A DNA stretch of 32,000 nt, taken from Acaryochloris marina MBIC11017 (GTDB lineage Bacteria > Cyanobacteriota > Cyanobacteriia > Thermosynechococcales > Thermosynechococcaceae). Of the stretch, positions 17,903 through 25,804 are shown piece by piece (position 1 is the stretch's first letter; the number at the start of each line of letters is the position of its first letter). The notes under the pieces are model-generated. The model saw only the letters and a list, made by a program, of their open reading frames with translations. It had not been told where the DNA came from and searched no databases. The DNA lies in NCBI RefSeq assembly GCF_000018105.1, contig NC_009925.1, positions 4,200,001-4,232,000 of the forward strand, given 5' to 3'. Both the position numbers and the translations under genes were made by a program.

Positions 17903-18247
17903 ATGTTGACGGTTGAAGATATTACTGGTTTCTTCCTTGAGAATGCCTCCAAGTCTAGCCAAAGTCCAATAGAAAACTCTCAAAATATCCCTATTATTGA
18001 GTCTTGGGTTGGCGTTGAAAAAGATGGCAGGGCGGTTATTCAAGGGAAACTGTTTGGCCATCCCCAACATCCCTTGGGTGTCAAGATGATGACCTCCACA
18101 ATTCAGCGGTACTTTGGAGGTGCAGGCCACGTTTACGTTAAAACTAGAAACTCACTCTATGAGCTGGGTCAACCTCTCCATGAGCTAGCACTCCCAGTGG
18201 AAATGCCAGATTTTCAATCAATGGCAAAAATGACGATATGGCACTGA
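17903..18247 (+). CDS. hypothetical small protein, paralogue of 22159-22515
   Basis: 114-aa ORF. By my hand alignment, about half of a 60-residue core is identical to the 118-aa ORF at 22159-22515 (IESW..VE....VI.G....HP.H..G.K..TS.I..Y....G.VYV.T.NS.YELG.P). The C-termini also match (KMTIWH / KLTYWED). Confidence 0.65.
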   Translation: MLTVEDITGFFLENASKSSQSPIENSQNIPIIESWVGVEKDGRAVIQGKLFGHPQHPLGVKMMTSTIQRYFGGAGHVYVKTRNSLYELGQPLHELALPVEMPDFQSMAKMTIWH

Positions 18248-18285
18248 TAGTGCCGAGATTTAAGTCATCCGGGTTCAGGTTAATT

Positions 18286-18303
18286 GAATGGTGACTGCTG
18301 TAA
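18286..18303. repeat. solo terminal-repeat-like sequence related to the right end of the 16721/25803 IS
   Basis: GAATGGTGACTGCTGTAA matches the right end GAATGGCGACTGCTATAA of copy 1 at 16 of 18 positions. I saw no adjacent transposase remnant and no matching left end. Confidence 0.45.
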
Positions 18304-18432
18304 ATGTCTCTTTAGCTCGGCAGCCCAGTCACCAATATCGTCATTCTCAAATCTGTCTAGCCCTTATGGTTTATAATTCATGTCTTAGTTTGACATGAGC
18401 CTATCTTGCCTAGAATTTACAGGAAGTATACT

Positions 18433-19006
18433 CTAGACGGTTAAGAGATTAACTTTCTGGAAAGACTGAAACTTGAGTGAGAGCAGGCTGGTTAGTTTCG
18501 CCTTATGCTCTGTATTGCATTGGTCAATGCACTGTTGAATGGCCCCTTTGAAAGAGTGAAAATCCGAATAATACTTCGAGTAGAGACATTCCTTGCGCAC
18601 AAAGCGCCAAAGCCGCTCAATCAAATTCAAATGGGGTGAATAGGAGGGCAAATAGACTAACTCAATATCGACGATCTCAGCAAAGTCAGTCACCAGCTGG
18701 CATTTTTGATATCGGGCATTGTCTAAAATGACGCTGATGGGTATGACTGGGTCGAGTAGTGCCAGCTTGGCTAGCAACAGACACATGCTATGAGAGTTGA
18801 TGTAGGTGTGGTTGGTGATACTGGTGACTTCTTTGGTGACAGCGTTGAGTGCACCCAGAACATTGAATCGTTGACGGCCAGAAGGAGAAGGGATGAAGAT
18901 CCGACGAAGGCACCAGAGAAACCCCAGATAAGCCCGGTGAACAAAATGAGCAGCATCCACAAAAAAGACAAGACGCTCTTGGCGTTGAGCTTCCTCTAAT
19001 AAGCAC
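18433..19006 (-). pseudogene. element A transposase, C-terminal DDE half (split by element B)
   Basis: The translation reads (A)RCLLEEAQRQERLVFFVDAAHFVH...VILDNARYQKC...LPSYSPHLNLIERLWRFVRKE..., which covers the IS630 DDE region. Confidence 0.8.
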
Positions 19007-19436
19007 CTAGCTAAAATTAATTACATAATCATCGCCGTAGGCTTTCAAAACTCTTTCCACATATTCGACCAAAGATGACCACCCCCAGTAGGCACTCATT
19101 TCAATCCACTGATATTTCATGAATTGCCACAGACGCTCAATCAAATTTAGATGGGGAGAATAGCTTGGCAACTCAAACAAGGTAATTCCCCGTTCGGCCC
19201 ACTCTGCTTTCATCTCATAGATTGATTGGCTCGTATGGATAGGGGCTTGATCCACCACAATGACGGTGGGCAACTCCACGTCAGCAAAAAAGGTATCAAT
19301 GCAATGACTGACAACCTCACTGGTGATGGTCTGTTCTGATGTATAAGCATGTAGCCCTTGTCGTCGACTCAAAAACCCCAGAACATTCAAGCGTTTACTT
19401 GAACGAGTCGGTATTTCCAGATACGTCCCTATGGGT
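19007..19436 (-). pseudogene. element B transposase, C-terminal part (split by IS4-family element C)
   Basis: The translation reads ...YLEIPTRSSKRLNVLGFLSRRQGLHAY...VVDQAPIHTS...LPSYSPHLNLIERLWQFMKYQ...DYVINFS*. It continues the frame broken at 20920-20930. Confidence 0.8.
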
Positions 19437-20919
19437 CAATGGCACTGACTTAAGCTCAATCAAACAGCTAGCTTAGCTTTGAGAGCAGAGCGAGGTTGTC
19501 GCATTCGCGGGAAAGATTTGGGTCTGCGTTTGACGACTCTCGGTTCGTGCCGATTCGGTCGAGAGGGTAATAGATCGGCTGCCATGGTCTCAAGTAGATG
19601 AGTAAACAACCGCTTTCTGGTCGCACGGTTGGCTGTCGCCAACAAAGCAAGCATCTGATTGAAGTGTTGTCGTGCTCCTTGCACAGACAGTTGAGTTCTA
19701 GCATTATCTGCTAGCGGTGCCGCAAGTTCCATGAGACTTCTGAGTAGGTTATAGCCCAACAAATGTACCCAAATGTCCTTGCGCACCATATCCGGAGTTT
19801 TGGCACTGAGCATCTCCATTTTTAAGGTGGTTTTGAGATGGCGCAGATTGACTTCCGCCACTGGCCAACGCCAGCCATACAAGCGAGTCAGTTGCCCAGC
19901 GCTGTAGCGTTGAGCATCCAGCAGCGTCGTCACCACAATAATGTGCTGGTCGCGAAAGCCCTTAAGGGATAAGCGCAAACACACCTCTCTAACGACCAAT
20001 GTTTGAGGAATCAGGGCAAAATCTTGCTCACTCATGTGCTCAGGCCGTTGGGCTGGCTTATGCCATGTCACCTGATGATCACCAATGCCATGCTTGTTGC
20101 CTTTGCGGAAATCAGTCTTGCGAGCATGATGTTTACGCAACACTCCATCAGCCCTGTGTTGTTGAATGATGGCTAGATCAACATAGCTGCCATAAGCTTG
20201 GTCCGCCATGACCACATCACCGACCTCAAGGTCTTGATAGAGCAAACGACTCATGACAATTTCACTGGTGTCCCAGGAGGCAATACAAGCTGACGCCACT
20301 GCACCGGTAACCAAACAGAAGAACACTACCAAGCGAGCGATGGGAAAACCACAGCCTGCTGTTTGATTGCCATGTTGTGGATATGATGCTTGGTTGGCCG
20401 CACTATCAGCCATCAACACGGTGGTTCCGTCGTAGACCTTGACGGGCCGACCACACCAGAGGTGCTCTGGGGAGAGGGGTTGCGCTAAGCACTCAGCGCT
20501 TTCGGGAATTAAACGTTGCAACAGTGACTCTGGAAAGCGACTTCTGGCTTTGCTGTAGGCTCCGGTATCAGATGAGGGCGGTTGGATGCCAGCCGCTGTG
20601 AGCCAAGTCGTGATGCATTTGACTGTGTTACGAAGGCTTTTATCGGCTGATAGCACTTGGTAAAGCATGGCCCACAGCGTAACGATGGGGCTATATATCC
20701 GGTTGCGATAGGAGAATGCTTCTTCTTTCAGGAGTTCCTCTAACCTTGAGGCTGGAAGGATATCTGTCCACGGTAAACCCAGGCTTTGGGAAAATTGCTG
20801 CTTGAGAATTTCGGCTGACTCAGACATAGTGAAAGGCAGAAGTTTATGGCGTGCAAGTCTTGATCCTATATCTATCAAGACTTGTAGCCTTTTCCTGACT
20901 TCTTAAGTCAGTGCCATTG
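19437..20919 (-). mobile_element. IS4-family insertion sequence (element C, 1483 bp)
   Basis: Perfect 18-bp terminal inverted repeats CAATGGCACTGACTTAAG (19437-19454) and CTTAAGTCAGTGCCATTG (20902-20919). They are flanked by a perfect 11-bp direct repeat TCCCTATGGGT (19426-19436 and 20920-20930). Confidence 0.92.
19460..20827 (-). CDS. IS4-family DDE transposase
   Basis: The intact ORF is about 455 aa from ATG 20827 (472 aa from the upstream alternative start). It has DDE-type blocks (YDGTTVLMADS..., VVMADQAYGSYVDLA, ...RWPVAEVNLRHLKTTLKMEMLSAKTPDMVRKDIWVHLLGYNLLR). Confidence 0.9.
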   Translation of the reverse strand: MSESAEILKQQFSQSLGLPWTDILPASRLEELLKEEAFSYRNRIYSPIVTLWAMLYQVLSADKSLRNTVKCITTWLTAAGIQPPSSDTGAYSKARSRFPESLLQRLIPESAECLAQPLSPEHLWCGRPVKVYDGTTVLMADSAANQASYPQHGNQTAGCGFPIARLVVFFCLVTGAVASACIASWDTSEIVMSRLLYQDLEVGDVVMADQAYGSYVDLAIIQQHRADGVLRKHHARKTDFRKGNKHGIGDHQVTWHKPAQRPEHMSEQDFALIPQTLVVREVCLRLSLKGFRDQHIIVVTTLLDAQRYSAGQLTRLYGWRWPVAEVNLRHLKTTLKMEMLSAKTPDMVRKDIWVHLLGYNLLRSLMELAAPLADNARTQLSVQGARQHFNQMLALLATANRATRKRLFTHLLETMAADLLPSRPNRHEPRVVKRRPKSFPRMRQPRSALKAKLAV

Positions 20920-21501
20920 TCCCTATGGGTTGCCATCCATAGGGAATACAGGGGACTAACGAAAAACCACTCTCATCCATAAAGAATAGATGGATGTCTC
21001 CCTTCTCTTCCTGTTCCTTGAGATGTTCTAACTGCTGTTTTTTTCGAGGTAGTGGGCATATAAAGGCTGGCCTGATGTCCCTTGGCGAAAGCGATGCCAG
21101 CTCATGTCCATCTGCTTCAAGACGCGTTTAACTGTGGCCTTTGACACGCGTACTGACCACTGTTGTTCAATCTGAGCTAACACCTGATTGAGTTGGATGG
21201 GAGATGCCTGAGTCCACTCATAAATCTGCTGTTGTTGGTCGGGATTAAACATCGGTTTTCGACCTCGACCTGGGTGATTATAGAGTCCTGCAAATCCTCG
21301 GTTGTTCCAAGCCTTAAGCCAGTTGTAAACCGTTTTAGGACTCACACTAAAAAGGGAGGCTAAGGTGTAGGGGGGCCAACCCTGGGCGAACAAAATGAGG
21401 CAATGGGCGCGTTGTCTGACCTGATGATGGCGACTACTGTGATAAATCCGATGCAATAAGCGTAAGCTTTCGGTGGAGATAGGACGGACTAATAACATCA
21501 A
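20920..21501 (-). pseudogene. element B transposase, N-terminal part (orfA 21028-21501 plus the start of orfB)
   Basis: orfA has an HTH (HQVRQRAHCLILFAQGWPPYTLASLFSVSPKTVYNWLKAW). After a -1 shift at the A7 site, the frame reads LEKKQQLEHLKEQEEKGDIHLFFMDESGFSLVPCIPYGWQPIG up to the element C insertion. Confidence 0.8.
21038..21044 (-). promoter_or_regulatory. A7 slippery run (T7 on the + strand) at the orfA/orfB junction of element B
   Basis: The minus strand reads CTCGAAAAAAACAG. orfA stops 3 codons later, and the DDE frame is the -1 frame. Confidence 0.65.
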
Positions 21502-21567
21502 ATCAATGGATGTAAACAGAGGACTCAGGTAGTTTACAACCAGGAAATTCTATGTAATTAATTTTGT

Positions 21568-22065
21568 TCATCTGCTTAAGGGTTCAAGGCGAGTTTGTCG
21601 AAACTGCTCTTGCTCCTCAATTTTCTCGGGCAGACTCGACTTTCCCGGCACATACCCCACTTTTCGAGAGCGACAACCAATGCGTTTGAGGAAGGCTTTG
21701 ATCTGGGTTGGAGAACGCTTAATACCTGTCAATTGTTCAATGACTGCTTGGGCTTCTGCACTGGTGCGGGGCGGGTGTTGCTCAAAATAGGCTCTCACAC
21801 TATCGCTATGAGCGTTGAGTGAACTGGATTGACCTTTGTATTCCAGGGTTTTCAACCCTTCAATTCCGCCTTGTTGATACAGACGAAGGGTTTTAGCTAA
21901 GGTCGGACGACTAATCTGACAAAGCTGACAAATCTGGGCATGGGGAAGACCCTGACTTTTCAAGTAGAGCACTTCCATCCGTCGCTGCACCCGTGGGTGA
22001 GGGTGATGATAGCGTTCGTAATTGAGGTGTTGGATTTCCTCTGCGGTGAAATCAATTTTAATCAT
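21568..22065 (-). pseudogene. element A transposase, N-terminal HTH half (split by element B)
   Basis: MIKIDFTAEEIQHLNYERYHHPHPRVQRRMEVLYLKSQGLPHAQICQLCQISRPTLAKTLRLYQQGG... is an IS630-type double HTH. The ORF terminates at a stop lying at the junction with element B. Confidence 0.8.
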
Positions 22066-22158
22066 GCAAGTAGGGGAGTCGGTTGAGGGATACTCCCAGT
22101 CTGCCAAATCTCTCCACTACAATGTTAAGCCGCAAGTCGTACGCAGTATATATTAATT

Positions 22159-22515
22159 TCAATCTTCCCAATAAGTGAGTTTTTCCCATTGCTGAGTGTC
22201 CAGGTTACCGACCAACAGTTCTACATCCCCAGTGAAATCTGGATGGGGCATACCTAGCTCATACATAGAGTTTTTGGTCGTCACATATACCCGACCATCT
22301 TTAGCAAGGTAGTGTTTGATAGGCGAAGTCTTTAACTTCTTTCCTTCCGCATGTTTGGGATGATTGTGAATTTCCCCATGGATGACAATTTTTCTCCCCA
22401 CCTCAACACAAATCCAAGACTCAATAGTCCCTGTGCAAATAGAGGGTGACTGAGGTGTCGCTAAGGTCGACTGAGCATTTTGCAAATAGTAGTTGACTAT
22501 GTCATCAGCTGTCAT
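22159..22515 (-). CDS. hypothetical small protein, paralogue of 17903-18247
   Basis: 118-aa ORF. See the alignment evidence under 17903-18247. Its stop codon lies within about 10 bp of the right end of IS element A. Confidence 0.65.
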   Translation of the reverse strand: MTADDIVNYYLQNAQSTLATPQSPSICTGTIESWICVEVGRKIVIHGEIHNHPKHAEGKKLKTSPIKHYLAKDGRVYVTTKNSMYELGMPHPDFTGDVELLVGNLDTQQWEKLTYWED

Positions 22516-22810
22516 GACCAGGTCTCCCCTGTATGTTCCTAAATGAGAATAATCGCAATAAAATTAGAATTATTATTTTCGCAAGGGCCACACAATTGTA
22601 TCTAGCCTAATCAATATCTTCGAGAGGAAAATCAGTATAAATACTGAAAGCCTTTCTAGAATTAGATTTGCTATTAACCCAAGTCTAGGTTTGGATATTG
22701 GTTTCTTGCTATGTAGGAAATCTTAATTAAGAATTACTCTTTATAAGATGTTTTGTTGTGGCTCTCGTCAAGCGTAGGTATTGATGAGAAGTTTAAGCGT
22801 CCATTTTTTC

Positions 22811-23341
22811 TTAAAAACTGACTTGTGTATAGGTACTGTCGGATAGACCTATTGGTGCACTCCAAATTGAGTGAAACCGCTTTAATCCTTTAGGTGTGAT
22901 CTCAATGTCTTCATCACTTAATATCAGTTCGCCGTTGATAAAAGTACAGCCCGCAGCCCAGAGAATCCCAAGGAATTCATCCCGATCTGAAATAACGGGA
23001 ATTGATTCGCTTAATTCATGGTTTGCATAAATCTGGGCAACTTGTTTCAAAAGCTCAGGATAGTGATTATCCAACGCCTGAATGTAGAAATAGAGTAAAG
23101 GGAATGGATCCTCTTTCCCAAAAATGGCGTTACATATGCAAGTGGAGGTCGTCAGCATCCAAGCAGCAATCTTTTTGGGATCTGTAGCTGGATTTCGTGC
23201 CATATCCAAGAGAAGATCCGTCATATTATGCCTAAAACGAACATTGAGGATAGTCTCAACGTTTTTCCAGACCGCTAGGGTATTGGGGTTCATTATGTGT
23301 TGGGAAATCTGTGCGTTCTCTATTTGGATACCCAGCTTCAC
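22811..23341 (-). CDS. hypothetical protein (about 160-176 aa), no family recognised
   Basis: It is the only long ORF in an AT-rich stretch. The start is ambiguous (GTG 23341 or ATG 23293). It shares a strand with the STAS gene upstream and the paralogue gene downstream. Confidence 0.5.
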   Translation of the reverse strand: MKLGIQIENAQISQHIMNPNTLAVWKNVETILNVRFRHNMTDLLLDMARNPATDPKKIAAWMLTTSTCICNAIFGKEDPFPLLYFYIQALDNHYPELLKQVAQIYANHELSESIPVISDRDEFLGILWAAGCTFINGELILSDEDIEITPKGLKRFHSIWSAPIGLSDSTYTQVSF

Positions 23342-23439
23342 CCTAGGATGATCAACGAACTCCCTTTTGTTAGGTTTTTTTAAGTAAGTTTTTGAACCCT
23401 TATATATTAAGGCTGAAATTCATCATGTTTTAGACGTGA

Positions 23440-23766
23440 TTAGCTGGCAGAAATACTATTTTTCTGCATAAATTCTCGACAATCTCCATAAATGTCAAAA
23501 ATACGGTCCATTTTAGTTAATTCAAAGATGAGACGTACCTGATCGCTCAGTGAACACAATGACAAGGTGCCACCTTCTCCTCGCACTGATTTAAGCGTAG
23601 CAACCAAAGCACCAATGGCAGAACTATTCATAAAAGTGACATCTTTAAGATCTATCAGAATTGTTTTCACGCCATCAGCTAAGGCATCGTTAACTTCAGT
23701 ACGTAATTCGCTGGTACTGATACCGTCTATCAAGTCAGCAGGCTGAAAAACTACATAGCTCATCTT
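23440..23766 (-). CDS. STAS-domain protein (SpoIIAA-like anti-sigma-factor antagonist)
   Basis: MSYVVFQPADLIDGISTSELRTEVNDALADGVKTILIDLKDVTFMNSSAIGALVATLKSVRGEGGTLSLCSLSDQVRLIFELTKMDRIFDIY is a typical STAS fold, with the conserved phosphorylatable Ser in the DxxFxxSSGxG context (MNSSAIG). Confidence 0.85.
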   Translation of the reverse strand, partial: KMSYVVFQPADLIDGISTSELRTEVNDALADGVKTILIDLKDVTFMNSSAIGALVATLKSVRGEGGTLSLCSLSDQVRLIFELTKMDRIFDIYGDCREFMQKNSISAS

Positions 23767-24069
23767 AATTGAACTCCTAAGTCGGTTCCGGTTGGGTAGG
23801 TTAGATAAAGGCGATAACACTCTATAAATTCTGGTTCACAGATCAGAACGCCATTGTCGTTTTTACAGAATTCCCAGTTCGGGAAGTGAGAAAGCAATCG
23901 CAGATAAATATTCAATTTTTGTGTAATTTTTTAGCTTAGTATTGCACTTAAATTGTGCGAGTATAATACTCATGCGCTGGTTTAAGCAAAGACAAAAAAT
24001 CCGGTCAGATTTTAATAGATACTGAGCGATATTCTTCATAAAATTGAGGAAGATGATGGGAGCAGCCGA

Positions 24070-25191
24070 GTGCTATCGAGAAGAGGCTTAATTAAGTCGA
24101 GCCTTTTGGCTAGTTTAGGTACGCTTATATCCGTCTGTAGTGCGGAATTGACTACAGGAGTCAACAGTAAGAAGTTGTATATGCCCGATGAAGGAGAGCC
24201 TCACAAGCAAACTTGGATGGCTTTTATCGCCAGCGACGAAGTTTGGGAGCAACGGCAGATTCTGGAAGTTCAACGTAATTTGGCTGAAATTGCCAAAACG
24301 ATTGCCAACTATGAAGCTATCTCTATGCTGGTCCGACAACAGGATCACGAACTAGCTGTAGAACTATTAGGTGGGTTAGAGTCTCATCCTTTCCCTATTC
24401 AATTGATTGAATTCACGATCAACGATTTGTGGATAAGGGATACAGGTCCTTCATTTATCGTTGATGAAAATGGGAACAAAGCAGCCATTAATTTCAATTT
24501 CAACGGTTGGGGAGAAGATCAGGCCTACCAATATGATGCTAAAGTCGCTGATTTTGTGGCGCAGCAAGCAGGAGTAACGACTATACAATCTAGCCTCGTT
24601 CTAGAAGGTGGTTGTTTTGAACTGGACGGACAAGGCACTGCCATTATGACGGAAAGCTGCATCCTTAATGACAATCGAAATCCAGGTCGAAATAAAAATG
24701 AGGTTGAAGTTGAACTCAAACAACTGTTGGGTCTTAAAAAGATTATCTGGCTAGAGGGCATCAAGGGGAAAGATATTACAGATGGCCATACCGACTTTTA
24801 TGCTCGATTTGCGAAACCAGGAGTTGTGATGGTCAGTCGAGAGGCTGATCAATCTTCTGATGATTATCCAGTGACGCAGAAGAACATAGAGGTCTTACAA
24901 AGAGCTACAGATGCTATGGGGAGACCTTTAGAGCTGATTATTCTAGATACACCCTTGAAAATCAATACGAAATTTGGGACGAAGGATTTCGCCGCTGGTT
25001 ATGTGGGCTATTACTTATGTAATAGTGCTGTCATTATGCAGAAATTTGGCGATTCTAAAGCTGATAATGCTGCAAGGAAAAAGTTGGCGACCGTGTTTCC
25101 CAATCGGCACATCGTGCAGCTGTCCATTGATGGTATTGCAAGCGGTGGAGGTAGTATTCACTGTGCCACCCAACAAGAACCTTTGGTTTAA
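24070..25191 (+). CDS. aguA: agmatine deiminase family protein (Porphyromonas-type peptidylarginine deiminase fold) with a twin-arginine signal peptide
   Basis: Family motifs present: MPDEGEPHKQTWMAF, WIRDTGP, ITDGHTD and the C-terminal catalytic-Cys motif GGGSIHCATQQEP. The N-terminus MLSRRGLIKSSLLASLGTLISVCSA matches the Tat consensus S-R-R-x-L/F-x-K. The apparent start is GTG. Confidence 0.8.
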   Translation: MLSRRGLIKSSLLASLGTLISVCSAELTTGVNSKKLYMPDEGEPHKQTWMAFIASDEVWEQRQILEVQRNLAEIAKTIANYEAISMLVRQQDHELAVELLGGLESHPFPIQLIEFTINDLWIRDTGPSFIVDENGNKAAINFNFNGWGEDQAYQYDAKVADFVAQQAGVTTIQSSLVLEGGCFELDGQGTAIMTESCILNDNRNPGRNKNEVEVELKQLLGLKKIIWLEGIKGKDITDGHTDFYARFAKPGVVMVSREADQSSDDYPVTQKNIEVLQRATDAMGRPLELIILDTPLKINTKFGTKDFAAGYVGYYLCNSAVIMQKFGDSKADNAARKKLATVFPNRHIVQLSIDGIASGGGSIHCATQQEPLV

Positions 25192-25384
25192 TATCTTTCG
25201 TCAATGACTTTTGTGGCAATTGCTTTATGTCGCGGCGGGTCTTCAGAAAGGACTTAGTTTCGAATACTGTCATTTAACAAGATAAATACTCGCACGGTTC
25301 AATAGTGTGATTTTTTGGAGGCAAGATAGCTATTGAACACGTAAATAGTCCTTATTCTGAATTATATAGTTCACGGAGAACGAG

Positions 25385-25804
25385 GTGCCCATTATTCAAT
25401 CGGTTGATTTAGAAAAGAGAGGTTTGCTACACGATCAATCTTCGTCACTAGAAATCAAAGGTAAGTGGCTCAAACCTGGCCCATCGTTTAGAAAATCGCT
25501 ATGTCAAACGGCCATAGAGTTCTGTGAGTAGGCCATTGAAAAGAGACGACAATATATCCTGATTGAATTTCCCACTTATTTCATGGCTTGGCAACACTTC
25601 ATTCCCAAGAATGCTAAGCCCTCTCTTTCAGTTCAATCCCCTTCCACCCATTCATCTACTCAAGAAATTCACTCTGAGCCATTCATTCCTAGTGAAAGGG
25701 AAAAAGCTCATCAGCCATTTCCTACTCCCATTGATGATAAATTCATCGCTCAATGCAAAGTAGAATTGGCCTTTCATATCGGTCCAATGGTTGAGATTGT
25801 TGTA
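25385..25804 (+). pseudogene. 5' part of a small gene split by IS copy 2 (also has an in-frame TAG at 25529-25531)
   Basis: The frame runs ...SLCQTAIEFCE*AIEKRRQYILIEFPTYFMAWQHFIP...KVELAFHIGPMVEIVV and is then cut by the IS at the TA (25803-25804). Removing bases 25805-26759 restores the frame into 26760-26885. Confidence 0.6.

Larger units (their letters stand above)
19013..21565 (-). mobile_element. IS630-family element B, inserted in element A and itself interrupted by element C
   Basis: Inverted repeats AAAATTAATTACATA (19013-19027) and TATGTAATTAATTTT (21551-21565). Without element C and one copy of its target duplication, B is about 1059 bp. Confidence 0.8.
18425..22150 (-). mobile_element. 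IS630-family element A (outermost of a three-deep IS nest); outer ends approximate
   Basis: The transposase N-terminal half (21568-22065) and C-terminal half (18433-19006) are separated by element B. The outer ends are only bracketed, by the P2 stop codon at 22159 and the transposase stop at 18433. I could not define clean IRs. Confidence 0.7.

Noticed and set aside
18425-18440. Attempt to define the terminal inverted repeats of IS element A (TATACT... at about 18427 against about 22146)
   Set aside because: Only a 6-bp match plus a gapped CGG(C)TTAA similarity could be aligned by eye. The element ends are therefore given as approximate rather than asserted.
23940-23970. Sigma70-like promoter (TTGCAC ... 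TATAAT) in the STAS/aguA divergent region
   Set aside because: The TATAAT hexamer is present, but the spacer to the best -35 candidate is only about 14 nt. In AT-rich DNA, hexamers like this arise by chance. It is not reported as a feature.
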